From assembly GCA_965249115.1 (NCBI GenBank), contig CBDFLI010000002.1:1945859-2009858 (forward strand): a DNA stretch of 64,000 bases, in the 5' to 3' direction. This stretch comes from Dehalococcoidia bacterium. Lineage in GTDB: Bacteria > Chloroflexota > Dehalococcoidia > Lucifugimonadales > QGNO01. Positions 45,968-56,445 of the stretch are shown in pieces (positions within the stretch are counted from its first letter, which is position 1; each line of letters starts with the position of its first letter). Under the pieces are notes generated by a model. The model worked only from the letters and a program-made list of their open reading frames with translations. It searched no databases and was not told where the DNA came from. A program made the position numbers and the translations under genes.

Positions 45968-46366
45968 ATGACCCATTCAGACCCCATTTCAGATATGTTG
46001 ACTCGGATAAGGAACGGGCTGGTTGTGCGCCGAGACTGGATTGCGGCGCCGTCTTCTAAGACCAAGAAAGCCATCCTTGAGATATTCAAGGAGCAGGGGC
46101 TTATATCAGATTTCCAAGTATCGCAAGACGGGGTCAAAGAGTCGTTGCGGATACGCCTTAGCTACGACAATAAAAACCAGCCGTTGATAAACGGCCTTAG
46201 GAGAGTTAGCAAGCCGGGCCTCCGCGTTCACATGGACAAAAAAGAGCTTCCCCGCTTCTACGGTGGCCGTGGCCTGACCATAGTCTCCACCTCCCAGGGA
46301 GTCATGACCGGTCAGGCCGCGCGGAGTAAAGGCATAGGCGGAGAGTTGTTGTGTCACGTTTGGTAA
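45968..46366 (+). CDS. rpsH: 30S ribosomal protein S8
   Basis: 'MTHSDPISDMLTRIRNG' starts at the ATG at 45968. The ORF-track GTG at 45890 overlaps rpsZ and is rejected. Confidence 0.95.
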   Translation: MTHSDPISDMLTRIRNGLVVRRDWIAAPSSKTKKAILEIFKEQGLISDFQVSQDGVKESLRIRLSYDNKNQPLINGLRRVSKPGLRVHMDKKELPRFYGGRGLTIVSTSQGVMTGQAARSKGIGGELLCHVW

Positions 46367-46380
46367 AAGGTACCTGACCA

Positions 46381-46926
46381 ATGTCCAGGATAGGCAGACA
46401 GCCCATTGATCTTCCGTCAGGAGTCCAGGTTACACTTGGGCAGGGCCTTGTTACCGTCCAGGGACCCGGTGGGACCCTGAGCGAAGCCGTGAATAGCGAC
46501 ATCAAAGTGGAAGTGACAGACTCACAGGTACTGGTCTCCAGGCCGTCAGACGTTCGTCAGCATCGGGCGTTGCACGGACTTACCAGGGCGCTGGTGGCCA
46601 ACATGGTCATCGGCGTCAGCCAGGGATACCAGAAGACACTGGACATAGTGGGCGTGGGTTACAGGGCCCAGCAAGCAGGTGAAAACGTAGTCCTTGCGGT
46701 GGGCTTCTCTCACACGGTGGAGGTCCAGCCATTAGAGGGAATCACGCTGGAGGTTGAAGGCAACAACCGTGTCCACGTACGTGGGACAAGCAAGCAGCGG
46801 GTGGGTGAGATGGCGGCCCAAATACGGTCCGTGCGCCGGCCAAACGCATATACGGGTAAAGGGATAAGGTATTTGAATGAGCAGATAAGACTCAAACCAG
46901 GCAAGAGCGGCGCGAGGGTTGTGTAG
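46381..46926 (+). CDS. rplF: 50S ribosomal protein L6
   Basis: '[15 protein letters not shown]'. 181 aa. Confidence 0.95.
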   Translation: MSRIGRQPIDLPSGVQVTLGQGLVTVQGPGGTLSEAVNSDIKVEVTDSQVLVSRPSDVRQHRALHGLTRALVANMVIGVSQGYQKTLDIVGVGYRAQQAGENVVLAVGFSHTVEVQPLEGITLEVEGNNRVHVRGTSKQRVGEMAAQIRSVRRPNAYTGKGIRYLNEQIRLKPGKSGARVV

Positions 46927-46927
46927 G

Positions 46928-47284
46928 ATGCCTCGTTTAGCAACACGCCTGCACAAAAGGCGGGCCCGACACCTGAGGGTGAGAAAGAAGGTCACCGGCA
47001 GTATGGCCAGGCCTCGTCTTTGCGTGTTCCGTAGCCTCAACCAGATCTACGCGCAGGTTATAGACGACGAGTCCGGCCACACCATGGCGGCTGCCTCCAG
47101 CCTCAAGTTGAAGGGACCTGAAAAGAGTAAAACCGAAGTGGCCAAGCTGGTGGGTACCAAAATTGCGGAACAAAGTAAAGCAGCAGGAATATCACGGGTG
47201 ATCTTTGACCGTGGCGGATACAAATTCCACGGCAGAGTCAAGGCGCTGGCCCAGGCTGCGAGAGATGGAGGCTTGGAATTCTAA
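46928..47284 (+). CDS. rplR: 50S ribosomal protein L18
   Basis: '[20 protein letters not shown]' and '[26 protein letters not shown]'. The ATG at 46928 lies just after the rplF stop. Confidence 0.95.
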   Translation: MPRLATRLHKRRARHLRVRKKVTGSMARPRLCVFRSLNQIYAQVIDDESGHTMAAASSLKLKGPEKSKTEVAKLVGTKIAEQSKAAGISRVIFDRGGYKFHGRVKALAQAARDGGLEF

Positions 47285-47823
47285 TGGTGGACCAAGTTGT
47301 TCGAGATACTGAAGACCAGGATATGCAGCCTGCGGTCATATCCGAAAAGGTCGTGAACATTCGCCGTGTGGCTAAAGTTGTCAAGGGAGGCCGTCACCTG
47401 AGCTTTAGCGCCCTGGTCGTAGTGGGAGACGGGCAAGGACGTGTGGGTTCCGGACTTGGTAAAGCAGTTGCAATACCTGACGCAGTGCGCAAAGGTGTCA
47501 CCATAGGTCAAAAGAACCTCATTACTGTACCGCTTAAGGGCACAACGATCCCCCACGTCGTCAAGGCAAAGTACGGGGCCGCCATTGTGCTGCTCAAGCC
47601 CGCGCCTCCCGGGACAGGCCTGATAGCCGGCGCTCCCGTACGGGCCGTTTTGGATATGCTGGGTGCCAAGGACATAGTCACCAAGTCACTCAAAAGCCAG
47701 AACCCTATTAACGTGGTCCGGGCTACGCTGGAGGCGCTGAAGCAATTCGAAAACTTCACTGAAATTGGAGAGTCGGGTCAACGCGACGCCACTCCCCTTG
47801 TTGAAGAAGAGGCCGTCCAGTAG
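47284..47823 (+). CDS. rpsE: 30S ribosomal protein S5
   Basis: 'RRVAKVVKGGRHLSFSALVVVGDGQGRVG'. TAATG overlap with rplR. Confidence 0.95.
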   Translation: MVDQVVRDTEDQDMQPAVISEKVVNIRRVAKVVKGGRHLSFSALVVVGDGQGRVGSGLGKAVAIPDAVRKGVTIGQKNLITVPLKGTTIPHVVKAKYGAAIVLLKPAPPGTGLIAGAPVRAVLDMLGAKDIVTKSLKSQNPINVVRATLEALKQFENFTEIGESGQRDATPLVEEEAVQ

Positions 47824-47861
47824 TCGGTAGATAAGCGAACGGTTAAACTTAGTGTAAAAAC

Positions 47862-48050
47862 ATGTCAAAGTTACTGATAACCTGGACTAGAAGTACCATA
47901 GGACTGCCAAAGCCACAGCGCAGAGTCATCAAGGCACTGGGGCTGCGGAGGCTGCACCATACCGTAGAGAGGGCTGACTCGCCTACCATCCGGGGTATGG
48001 TGCACAAGGTCAGACACCTGGTGAGTGTTGAGGTATCTGAGAGCGCCTAG
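47862..48050 (+). CDS. rpmD: 50S ribosomal protein L30
   Basis: 62 aa. 'LLITWTRSTIGLPKPQRRVIKALGLRRLHHTV'. Confidence 0.9.
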   Translation: MSKLLITWTRSTIGLPKPQRRVIKALGLRRLHHTVERADSPTIRGMVHKVRHLVSVEVSESA

Positions 48051-48067
48051 CAATACTATTATCTGTC

Positions 48068-48511
48068 ATGAAACAACACGAACTAAAACCAAAGGTTGGG
48101 GCCCATCGCCGGAGCCGACGCGTAGGCAGAGGCGATGGTAGCGGCCGCGGGAGCTACTCCGGTCGTGGAATGAAGGGACAAAAGTCCCGTAGCGGCGGAA
48201 GCATACGCCGTGGCTTTGCTGGTGGTCAGCTGCCCATGATGAAAGCTCTTCCCATGCTCCGTGGCTTCACCAACATATTCCGCGTTGAGTATGTAGAGGT
48301 GAACCTGGAACAGTTGGAAAGGTTTCGGAAGGGAAGCAGAGTCACTCCTGCTGTTCTGAAGGAAGCGGGTATCTTGAAGAGTGAAAAGAAGCCTATAAAA
48401 ATACTGGGGCGTGGGACGCTGGAAAAACCCCTTAAAGTAGCCGCCCACCGCTTCAGCAAGTCCGCCAGGGCCGCTATTGAGTCGGCGGGTGGGTCTGTGG
48501 AGCAGTTATAG
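48068..48511 (+). CDS. rplO: 50S ribosomal protein L15
   Basis: 'RRVGRGDGSGRGSYSGRGMKGQKSRSG'. Confidence 0.95.
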   Translation: MKQHELKPKVGAHRRSRRVGRGDGSGRGSYSGRGMKGQKSRSGGSIRRGFAGGQLPMMKALPMLRGFTNIFRVEYVEVNLEQLERFRKGSRVTPAVLKEAGILKSEKKPIKILGRGTLEKPLKVAAHRFSKSARAAIESAGGSVEQL

Positions 48512-48513
48512 AG

Positions 48514-49854
48514 ATGCGTGCTCCTGCTGCCAGAACACAGGGACCCTCCCGGCCCGCACTCTTGCAGGCGTTGATAGACTCATTCCGTATCCCGGAGTTG
48601 CGGGCGCGGATACTGTTTACCCTGGGTATGTTGGTGGTTTTCAGATTCCTGGCCCATGTCCCGGTGATCAACGTAGACCGGGACGTGCTGAGCAGTATCT
48701 TCCAGAGCAACCAGATCCTGGGTTTCCTGGACCTCTTCAGTGGCGGGGGACTGCGTAATCTTAGCATTGTGGCCTTAGGGGTTTACCCTTACATCACCGC
48801 CTCCATTGTGATGCAGCTGATGACTCCCGTGATCCCGCGGCTTCAAGCCCTCGCCAAGGAAGGCGAATCGGGACGGCAGCGGATGAACCAGCTGACCCAC
48901 TATCTCATGGTCCCCATCGCCGTAGCCCAAGGTTTCGGCCAGTTGGCGCTGATTCAACGCCTGGGTGGGCTGGCGGGGACCGACTTCGCAGGTGGCTTGG
49001 GCCTGACCACCATTACTATGATTGTTGCCATGACCGCCGGCACCATGTTCCTTGTGTGGCTGGGCGAGCTCATCACGGAGCGGGGCATAGGTAACGGCAT
49101 TTCAATCATTATCTTCGCTGGCATTGTGGCTGGGTTCCCGCAGCTTGTAGGCCAGGGTTTCCTGGAGCGCAACAACCTGGGCGGCCTGCTGCTGCTGGTG
49201 GTCCTGGGTATACTCATCGTGTACCTAATCGTAGTATTCACTGAGGCCCAGCGGCGCGTTCCGGTGCAGTACGGACGGAGCGTGTTTCGAGGTGGCCGGA
49301 TGTACCGGCAGGGTGGCGCGACCTTCCTTCCCCTGCGCGTCAACGCCGCGGGGATGATCCCACTGATCTTCGCCTTTTCCATCATGATCCTGCCCGCTAC
49401 GGTGGCAAGCTACATGGCCGACCCCACCAGCACGTCGTTCCTGGTCCGAATAGCCAACTTCTTCAGCCGAAGCCTGGCACCAACGGGCGCCACCTACTGG
49501 ATATTCGTCTTCATTCTGGTGGTGATGTTCGCCTTCTTCTACACACTGGTGGTTTACCAGCAGCAAAACCTGGCGGACAACTTGCAGAAAAACGGCGGTT
49601 TCATACCGGGCATCAGACCCGGACGGCCCACATCGGACTACCTCAACCGGGTCATTATCCGTATCACGTGGGGGGGCGCCGTATTCCTCGGCATTGTGGC
49701 CATCCTACCGTATTTTGCTACTCAGATTACGGATATTCGAGCCATAAGCCTCAGCAGCGCAAGCCTGCTGATCATGGTGGGAGTGGCACTGGACACACTG
49801 CGGCAACTTGAAGCCCAGCTAATGATGCGTAATTACGAAGGGTTCTTGAAGTAG
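48514..49854 (+). CDS. secY: Preprotein translocase subunit SecY
   Basis: 446-aa polytopic protein. 'LGVYPYITASIVMQLM' and 'ERGIGNGISIIIFAGI'. Confidence 0.95.
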   Translation: MRAPAARTQGPSRPALLQALIDSFRIPELRARILFTLGMLVVFRFLAHVPVINVDRDVLSSIFQSNQILGFLDLFSGGGLRNLSIVALGVYPYITASIVMQLMTPVIPRLQALAKEGESGRQRMNQLTHYLMVPIAVAQGFGQLALIQRLGGLAGTDFAGGLGLTTITMIVAMTAGTMFLVWLGELITERGIGNGISIIIFAGIVAGFPQLVGQGFLERNNLGGLLLLVVLGILIVYLIVVFTEAQRRVPVQYGRSVFRGGRMYRQGGATFLPLRVNAAGMIPLIFAFSIMILPATVASYMADPTSTSFLVRIANFFSRSLAPTGATYWIFVFILVVMFAFFYTLVVYQQQNLADNLQKNGGFIPGIRPGRPTSDYLNRVIIRITWGGAVFLGIVAILPYFATQITDIRAISLSSASLLIMVGVALDTLRQLEAQLMMRNYEGFLK

Positions 49855-49864
49855 GTGGATTAAC

Positions 49865-50512
49865 GTGCGGATTGTTTTGTTGGGACTACCTGGAGCGGGT
49901 AAAGGGACCCAGGCGCAGAACCTGGCGCGGCGCCTGGAAATACCTTACGTATCCTCCGGCGACCTTTTCCGGCACCATCAGTCTCAGAGTACTGAGTTGG
50001 GCCTGCTAGCCAAGGGGTATATGGAACGTGGAGAGCTGGTGCCCGACCAGGTGACAATTCGGATGACGCTGGACAGAATCAGCGAGAAGGACTGCCAGAA
50101 GGGGTTCATTCTGGATGGGTTCCCGCGGACCCTGGAACAGGCGGAGGCGTTGGATGAAGCACTGGGAGACGCCCCCCTGGATTGCGCAGTGTACATGAAG
50201 GTAGGGAAAGAGGAGTTGGTACGTCGTCTGAGTGGCCGCGTGAGTTGTCGGAAATGCGGGTCACTTTTCCAGCGGGACGCGCTGGATTCAACGGTGAAGT
50301 GTTCCGTGTGTGGCGGCGAGCTTTACCAGAGGGCGGACGACAAGCCAGACGTGGTTCGGACCCGTATCCAGGTTCAGTGGCCCGGCCTGACGCAGTTGAC
50401 CGACTACTACTCACAGCAGGATAAGTTGGTGGAGGTTGATGGAGAACAGGGAGTTGACCAGGTATCGAAGGACGTGCTGGAAGCCATCTCCCGTCACGTG
50501 CCTATATCGTAA
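49865..50512 (+). CDS. adk: Adenylate kinase (Cys4 zinc lid)
   Basis: 'GLPGAGKGTQ' P-loop. The lid is 'CRKCGSLF...CSVCGGEL'. GTG start. Confidence 0.95.
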   Translation: MRIVLLGLPGAGKGTQAQNLARRLEIPYVSSGDLFRHHQSQSTELGLLAKGYMERGELVPDQVTIRMTLDRISEKDCQKGFILDGFPRTLEQAEALDEALGDAPLDCAVYMKVGKEELVRRLSGRVSCRKCGSLFQRDALDSTVKCSVCGGELYQRADDKPDVVRTRIQVQWPGLTQLTDYYSQQDKLVEVDGEQGVDQVSKDVLEAISRHVPIS

Positions 50513-50538
50513 CGTGGGAGCGCGTAACCGGATTTGGA

Positions 50539-51387
50539 ATGAGCCAGCGGCTGAGTTACAATAGCAAGGTCATTATGGAGAACATGCGGGGCATAACCCT
50601 GGAGACCAGGGATACACAACGGGGAAGCATCACCATTAAGTCGCCTCAAGAGATCACGCTTATGCGTGAGGCCGGCAGAATAGTTGCCTCCACCATATCC
50701 AAGTTGCTGACCGTCCTGCGGCCAGGGATAAGGACCAGGGAGTTGGACGCCATCGCGGACAAAGAGATCAAGCGGCTGGGTGCCAAGCCGTCCTTCAAGG
50801 GTTACAGAGGGTTCCCAGCTACTATATGTGTGTCACTGAACGACGAAATTGTCCACGGAATCCCGGGAGACCGGGTCATCCAGGACGGAGACGTTGTGAG
50901 CCTGGACGTAGGTGCCATAGTGGATGGCTATCACGGCGACTCTGCGGTGACCACTGCTGTTGGTCAGGTAGCGCCGGAAGTAGGGCGTCTTATTGAGACG
51001 ACAATGGAAAGCCTTGAACAGGCCATTAAACAGGCCAGACCGGGAAACCGTGTTGGCGATATATCGGCGGCGGTGCAGGACTTTGCGGAGCCCCGTGGTT
51101 ATGGGGTGGTCAAGGAATATGTGGGGCATGGCATAGGTCGCGCCCTGCACGAGGAACCGTCCATTCCAAATTTTGGTCAGGCGGGCAAAGGTCCCCTGCT
51201 GCGTCCCGGGATGGTCATAGCCATAGAACCGATGCTAAACTTGGGGACCTGGCAGACCAGGGTCCTGAAGGATGACTGGACGGTTGTAACTGCCGATGGG
51301 TCAATATCAGCTCACTTTGAGCATACGCTGGTCATAACGGAGGAAGGGCCAGAGGTCCTCACCATTAGAGATGAGGGCCGGCCCTAA
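50539..51387 (+). CDS. map: Methionine aminopeptidase type I
   Basis: '[16 protein letters not shown]', '[17 protein letters not shown]', '[11 protein letters not shown]'. The true start may be one of the internal ATGs (MENM...). Confidence 0.9.
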   Translation: MSQRLSYNSKVIMENMRGITLETRDTQRGSITIKSPQEITLMREAGRIVASTISKLLTVLRPGIRTRELDAIADKEIKRLGAKPSFKGYRGFPATICVSLNDEIVHGIPGDRVIQDGDVVSLDVGAIVDGYHGDSAVTTAVGQVAPEVGRLIETTMESLEQAIKQARPGNRVGDISAAVQDFAEPRGYGVVKEYVGHGIGRALHEEPSIPNFGQAGKGPLLRPGMVIAIEPMLNLGTWQTRVLKDDWTVVTADGSISAHFEHTLVITEEGPEVLTIRDEGRP

Positions 51388-51422
51388 TCCTTGATGGTCT
51401 GGATTATCACTGGCTAACAAGT

Positions 51423-51641
51423 ATGGCCAAAAAAGAGACAATAGAGGTGGAAGGAACGGTTAAAGAGTCGTTGCCCAACGCGATGTTTAAAGTGGAGTTG
51501 GCCAACGGACATCAGGTGCTGGCACACATCTCCGGGAAAATGAGAATGAATTACATAAGAGTGCTACCGGGAGACAGGGTGTTGGTGGAGCTTACCCCTT
51601 ACGATTTGAACCGGGGCCGTCTCACCTTCCGTTTCAGATAG
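51423..51641 (+). CDS. infA: Translation initiation factor IF-1
   Basis: 72 aa. '[35 protein letters not shown]'. Confidence 0.95.
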   Translation: MAKKETIEVEGTVKESLPNAMFKVELANGHQVLAHISGKMRMNYIRVLPGDRVLVELTPYDLNRGRLTFRFR

Positions 51642-51651
51642 GTAGATTGTG

Positions 51652-51765
51652 ATGAAGGTAAAGGCTTCAGTAAAAAAAAGATGCGACAAGTGCAAGATAG
51701 TCCGTCGCCACGGCAGGGTGAGAGTTATCTGTGAGGTCGCAAGGCACATGCAGAGGCAGGGGTAA
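51652..51765 (+). CDS. rpmJ: 50S ribosomal protein L36 (zinc form); not in the ORF track
   Basis: Manual translation [37 protein letters not shown] (37 aa), in the conserved position between infA and rpsM. Confidence 0.9.
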   Translation: MKVKASVKKRCDKCKIVRRHGRVRVICEVARHMQRQG

Positions 51766-51794
51766 CGGATAGTGGCTCAAGGAGGTGACAGCAA

Positions 51795-52178
51795 ATGGCG
51801 CGTGTAGCGGGTGTGGATATACCTGATAACAAGCGAGTTGAGGTAGCCCTCCGTCGCATCTACGGTGTTGGCCCTGCGGTTGTACTGAAAGTCCTTCAGG
51901 AGGCTGGTGTGACCGGTAACCCTCGGGTGCAGGATATGCCTGAAGAGGACCTGAACAGGATTCGTGAGATCGTTGACAAGGGATACAAAGTAGAGGGTGA
52001 CTTGCGTCGCGAAGTGAACATGAATATCCGGCGTCTGATAGACATTGGCAGCTATCGCGGGCTAAGGCATCGCAGGGGGTTGCCGGTGCGCGGACAGAGG
52101 ACCAAGACCAATGGACGTACTAAGCGCGGCACAAGGAAGACAGTGGCTGGGCGGCGTCGTGTCGCAGCCAAGAGGTAA
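51795..52178 (+). CDS. rpsM: 30S ribosomal protein S13
   Basis: '[10 protein letters not shown]' and '[20 protein letters not shown]'. Confidence 0.95.
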   Translation: MARVAGVDIPDNKRVEVALRRIYGVGPAVVLKVLQEAGVTGNPRVQDMPEEDLNRIREIVDKGYKVEGDLRREVNMNIRRLIDIGSYRGLRHRRGLPVRGQRTKTNGRTKRGTRKTVAGRRRVAAKR

Positions 52179-52190
52179 AGGGAGAGCAAT

Positions 52191-52580
52191 ATGGCCAGAG
52201 GAAGGTCCAGACCTCGAAGGCGAGAAAGAAAGTTCGTCCCCAGTGGACGTGCCTACATCCGGTCAACCTTTAACAACACGCTGATCACCCTGACCGACCC
52301 GGAAGGAAATGTCCTGGCCTCGGGTAGCGGAGGAACCGTGGGGTTCAAAGGAGCACGCAAAGGTACGGCTTTCGCTGCACAGCGTGCCGCTGAGAACGCG
52401 GCACGGCGGGCCATGGACCACGGGCTGCGGCAGGTAGAGGTCTTCATCAAAGGCCCGGGTGCCGGCCGTGAGGCCGCAATAAGGTCGTTGCAGGCAGCGG
52501 GCATAGCTGTCACCAGAATTAGGGACGTCACGCCCATTCCGCACAACGGGTGTCGCCCTCCCAAACGAAGGAGAGTATAG
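52191..52580 (+). CDS. rpsK: 30S ribosomal protein S11
   Basis: '[16 protein letters not shown]' and '[18 protein letters not shown]'. Confidence 0.95.
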   Translation: MARGRSRPRRRERKFVPSGRAYIRSTFNNTLITLTDPEGNVLASGSGGTVGFKGARKGTAFAAQRAAENAARRAMDHGLRQVEVFIKGPGAGREAAIRSLQAAGIAVTRIRDVTPIPHNGCRPPKRRRV

Positions 52581-52586
52581 GAGCTA

Positions 52587-53213
52587 ATGGCTAGGTATAC
52601 CGGGTCCGTGTGTCGGCTTTGCCGCCGAGCCGGGGAAAAACTCTTCCTCAAGGGAGAGAGATGCTTTACACCAAAATGTGCCGTGGAGCGCAGGCGTAAG
52701 CCGCCAGGAGAGCAGTCTCCGCGCCGCCGCCGCGCCAGCGACCGTGGCGTCCAGCTCCGTGAGAAGCAGAAGATGCGCGTTGCCTACGGCATCCTGGAAC
52801 GCCAGTTCAGAGGCTACTTTGAAGAGGCGCGGAAGGTACCCCAGGCTACCGGCGAAGTCCTTACCCAGCTATTGGAGCGGCGCCTTGACAACGTCATCTT
52901 TCGGCTGGACTTCGCAGAGTCCCGGTCCCAGGCCCGGCAGTTCGTCCGACACGGCCACATCACCGTAGCAGGCCGAAAGGTAAATATACCCTCATACAGG
53001 GTGAAGGCGGAAGAGGTCATAGCATGGAGACCGTCCAGCCAGGAAAAGGATTTCGTCAAGACACTGGCCGGCGGAATCCCTCGGAAGTCAGTGCCAGAAT
53101 GGCTTAGCCTTAACACAGACTCGCTGTCCGGCACGGTAGTGCGTTTGCCCCAGGCTGACGACGCCGAAAAAATCGTAGATACAAGACTGATAGTAGAATA
53201 CTATTCCAAGTAA
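52587..53213 (+). CDS. rpsD: 30S ribosomal protein S4
   Basis: 'MARYTGSVCRLCRR' and 'RLDNVIFRLDFAESRSQARQFVRHGHI'. Confidence 0.95.
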   Translation: MARYTGSVCRLCRRAGEKLFLKGERCFTPKCAVERRRKPPGEQSPRRRRASDRGVQLREKQKMRVAYGILERQFRGYFEEARKVPQATGEVLTQLLERRLDNVIFRLDFAESRSQARQFVRHGHITVAGRKVNIPSYRVKAEEVIAWRPSSQEKDFVKTLAGGIPRKSVPEWLSLNTDSLSGTVVRLPQADDAEKIVDTRLIVEYYSK

Positions 53214-53251
53214 ATTCAAGCGGCGGTTAGTTGCTAGGAGGTGTCGTGGCG

Positions 53252-54289
53252 ATGACCCTTGCCACAATTGAGATGCCCCGTCCTGAGATCAAAGTGGAAG
53301 ACACTCAGGAAGGGTACGGCAAATATTCTATAGGTCCTTTGGAGCGGGGTTACGGTATGACCCTGGGCAACCCACTAAGGCGGGTGCTGCTCAGTACTAT
53401 ACCCGGGACCGCCGTGACGTGGGTCAAAATTGAGGGAGTTACACACGAATACTCCACAGTGCCCCACGTGAAAGAGGGGGTCACTGATCTCCTGCTCAAT
53501 TTCAAGGCCATCCGCCTGCATTCCCTGGCCGACCGCCCCGGCAAACTGCGGCTGGAGGTTTCAGGTGAAGGTGAAGTCACAGCAGGCGATATTATGACGT
53601 CCGCCGACTTCGAGATAGCCAACCCGGAGCTGCACCTGGCCACCCTGGACTCCCCGGAAGCCAGCCTTTCGGTGGAGTTTAACGTTGAGCAGGGCACCGG
53701 ATACGTTGCCGCCGAGGGAGGGAAAGGCCTGCCCATAGGCGTGCTCCCCATGGACGCCATCTATACACCGGTACGGCGCGTGAACTTCAACGTGGAGCGG
53801 ACTCGCGTCGGCCAGGTCACTGACTACGAGTTGCTGGTCCTGGAAATATGGACCGACGAAACGATTTCTCCCATAGAGGCCTTGTCACTCGCGGGTCAGA
53901 CCCTGGTTGACCGGTTTTTCATGTTCGCAAACATACGCAAGGCTGCCGAAGCCGGTACAGAGGCGGCGTCCATGGCCGTAGCAGTGCCTGCTGAAGTCTA
54001 TAACACGCCCGTGGAAAAACTGGAGCTCTCGGCGCGGACGCTAAACTGCCTCAAACTTGCTCACATAAACCGGGTGGGTGAAATCTTGGAGAAGGACAGG
54101 TCTGAGTTGCTGAAGATCCGCAACTTCGGCGACAAGTCCCTGGTTGAACTGTACGGCAAGCTGGAGGAGTTGGGCTTCCTTCCGGAAGAAACGACAAGCC
54201 AGAACGGCTCTGAGGGAGATGTGGAGGAGCTAGGTGAGGACATTGCCTCTGACGAGGCACAGACTGACATTGTGGAGGATACGGCGTGA
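53252..54289 (+). CDS. rpoA: DNA-directed RNA polymerase subunit alpha (acidic C-terminal tail)
   Basis: '[20 protein letters not shown]' and '[22 protein letters not shown]'. AGGAGG at 53235-53240. The start is the ATG at 53252 or the GTG at 53246. Confidence 0.95.
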   Translation: MTLATIEMPRPEIKVEDTQEGYGKYSIGPLERGYGMTLGNPLRRVLLSTIPGTAVTWVKIEGVTHEYSTVPHVKEGVTDLLLNFKAIRLHSLADRPGKLRLEVSGEGEVTAGDIMTSADFEIANPELHLATLDSPEASLSVEFNVEQGTGYVAAEGGKGLPIGVLPMDAIYTPVRRVNFNVERTRVGQVTDYELLVLEIWTDETISPIEALSLAGQTLVDRFFMFANIRKAAEAGTEAASMAVAVPAEVYNTPVEKLELSARTLNCLKLAHINRVGEILEKDRSELLKIRNFGDKSLVELYGKLEELGFLPEETTSQNGSEGDVEELGEDIASDEAQTDIVEDTA

Positions 54290-54636
54290 GGCACAAGGTT
54301 TCAGGCAGGCGTCTCAGCCGTCCTTCTGGCCATCGCAAGGCCCTCTATCGCAACCTTGTACGCGACCTGCTTCTCAGAGAGCGCATAAGGACAACGCTGG
54401 CCAAGGCCAAAGAGGTCCGTAGCATGGCCGAGAAGATCATCACCTACGGCAAGAAAGGCGAACTGCATCACAGACGGTTGGCCTTGGCCGTTGTGACCGA
54501 CAAAGATGTGGTCGCCAAGGTGTTTGACGACCTGAGCGAGAGGTATGCCGAGCGACCGGGTGGCTATACACGGGTCCTGAAACTCGGCCCGCGCAAGGGC
54601 GATGGCGCTCCCATGGCGCTTCTTGAACTGGTATAG
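54286..54636 (+). CDS. rplQ: 50S ribosomal protein L17
   Basis: '[20 protein letters not shown]' and '[17 protein letters not shown]'. Confidence 0.95.
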   Translation: MRHKVSGRRLSRPSGHRKALYRNLVRDLLLRERIRTTLAKAKEVRSMAEKIITYGKKGELHHRRLALAVVTDKDVVAKVFDDLSERYAERPGGYTRVLKLGPRKGDGAPMALLELV

Positions 54637-54648
54637 ACCGACCATATT

Positions 54649-55431
54649 ATGAGTAACGAACCATCCAGAAAAGTAGCCCTGGTAGTAGAGTACGATGGGA
54701 CACAGTACGCTGGGTTCCAGTTGCAGTCCAACGCGCCCACAATTCAGGGCGAGTTGGAACGCGCAATTGATAAGCTGGCCTTGGCGCCGGCGAGAGTTTA
54801 TGGAGCGGGTCGCACGGACAGCGGGGTCCACGCTAAGGGCCAGGTTGCGGCCTTCGCTACCGACTCCTCGCTGGACTGTCCGGCGCTCATCAGAGGGCTA
54901 AACCACTTCTTGCCCGAAGACGTAGCCGTAAAGGGTGCATACGACGTTCAGGAAACCTTTGACCCCAGACGCCATGCCAGTAGTCGTCTGTACACATACA
55001 CTATCCTCAATCATGACTCCCCGTCTCCCCTTTGGGAGCGCTACGCCTGCCGGGTTCCGGGTTACCTGGACATGGAGGCAATGGGTACGGCCATGCGGTG
55101 CTTGGAAGGTGAGCATGACTTTGCTCTTCTAGGCGGGCCGGTGGCGCAGGGCCAGAGCACGGTGCGCAACATGATAAATACCCGGCTGTGGCAAGAGGGC
55201 AAACTGGTCCATTGTGAGATAGAGGGTAACGCCTTTCTACCACACCAGATGCGTCGAATGGCGGGGCTGCTGGTGGCCATAGGCAAAGGACGCCTTCCCA
55301 TTGATACTGTCCCAGGGACCCTTGAAGGTCGCGTCAACCCGTGGCAAACGGGTAAAGTCGCCTCAATGCCGCCTCATGGTCTGTGCCTCACCCAGGTTAA
55401 ATACAAGGACTTTCCACCTGATGGTAACTAA
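54649..55431 (+). CDS. truA: tRNA pseudouridine(38-40) synthase
   Basis: '[12 protein letters not shown]' and '[15 protein letters not shown]' with the catalytic Asp motif. Confidence 0.9.
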   Translation: MSNEPSRKVALVVEYDGTQYAGFQLQSNAPTIQGELERAIDKLALAPARVYGAGRTDSGVHAKGQVAAFATDSSLDCPALIRGLNHFLPEDVAVKGAYDVQETFDPRRHASSRLYTYTILNHDSPSPLWERYACRVPGYLDMEAMGTAMRCLEGEHDFALLGGPVAQGQSTVRNMINTRLWQEGKLVHCEIEGNAFLPHQMRRMAGLLVAIGKGRLPIDTVPGTLEGRVNPWQTGKVASMPPHGLCLTQVKYKDFPPDGN

Positions 55432-55885
55432 ACGGAATAAGACATACAGTGCCAAGGCATCTGAGCTGGACCCCCAATGGCATGTCGTTGACGCTTCCGG
55501 GAGACCCCTGGGCAGGTTGGCCGTAGAGATAGCCCGCATTCTGCAGGGCAAGCACAAGCCAACCTACACACCGCACATGCTCACTGGGGACTTTGTCGTG
55601 GTAATCAATGCCTCCCAGGTGGTTGTGACAGGCAACAAACGGGAGCAGAAAGTCTATTATCGCCACTCCGGATACCCGGGTGGACTGAAAGAGATCACTT
55701 TTGACAAAATGATGGAGAAGCACCCGAAGCGTGCGGTTGAGCTCGCCGTCAAAGGGATGCTTCCCAGGAACGCCCTGGCCCGACATATGCTGGGGCGCAT
55801 GAAGGTGTATGCCGGCGCAGAACATCCTCACGAAGCACAGGTGGTTGGAAGCCAGAAGAAACAGGCGGCCACCACACCCTCGTAG
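55421..55885 (+). CDS. rplM: 50S ribosomal protein L13
   Basis: '[33 protein letters not shown]'. The ATG at 55421 overlaps the truA end by 11 nt. The longer ORF-track start is rejected. Confidence 0.95.
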   Translation: MVTKRNKTYSAKASELDPQWHVVDASGRPLGRLAVEIARILQGKHKPTYTPHMLTGDFVVVINASQVVVTGNKREQKVYYRHSGYPGGLKEITFDKMMEKHPKRAVELAVKGMLPRNALARHMLGRMKVYAGAEHPHEAQVVGSQKKQAATTPS

Positions 55886-55900
55886 GAGTTGGAGACGTAA

Positions 55901-56296
55901 ATGACAGAACAGCACTACTATCACGGCGTCGGCAAGCGCAAGACTGCCATTGCCCAGGTACGCCTATACACTCAGCCCGGCGGTATTGTCGTCAATGGTA
56001 AGCCCTTGGAGGAAGCCTTTCCCTGGAAGGCGTGGCAGACCGTGGTTACCCAACCCCTGGAGGTAACCGAGACCCTGGAGAAGTACAGCGTCCAGGCCAA
56101 AGTGGTGGGTGGGGGAGTTACCAGCCAGGCCGGGGCCATCCGTCACGGCATCGCCAGGGCGTTGGTAGTGCTGGACGAGAATTTAAAGAAACCCCTTCGG
56201 CGGTACGGTCTCCTGACCCGCGACGCCAGGATCAAGGAGAGCAAGAAGTACGGTCTGAAACGCGCCCGTAAAGCGCAGCAGTACAGCAAGCGATAG
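55901..56296 (+). CDS. rpsI: 30S ribosomal protein S9
   Basis: 'GVGKRKTAIAQV' and C-terminal 'KKYGLKRARKAQQYSKR'. Confidence 0.95.
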   Translation: MTEQHYYHGVGKRKTAIAQVRLYTQPGGIVVNGKPLEEAFPWKAWQTVVTQPLEVTETLEKYSVQAKVVGGGVTSQAGAIRHGIARALVVLDENLKKPLRRYGLLTRDARIKESKKYGLKRARKAQQYSKR

Positions 56297-56321
56297 CTGT
56301 TTACCAAGCACCCCTTTGAAT

Positions 56322-56355
56322 AGCGCCCCGACGGTGTCGGGGCGCTATTTCGTTT
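56322..56355 (+). terminator. Rho-independent terminator ending the ribosomal super-operon
   Basis: AGCGCCCCGA / TCGGGGCGCT 10-bp GC-rich stem with a 5-nt loop, followed by ATTTCGTTT. Confidence 0.7.
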
Positions 56356-56445
56356 GGCTGGAACCTTTTCGTCGTTGAATGCGTCCTTATGAATAATCGG
56401 TATTAGGACAAAGCGAAGCCCAGACTCCATCAAAGGAGGCCAACC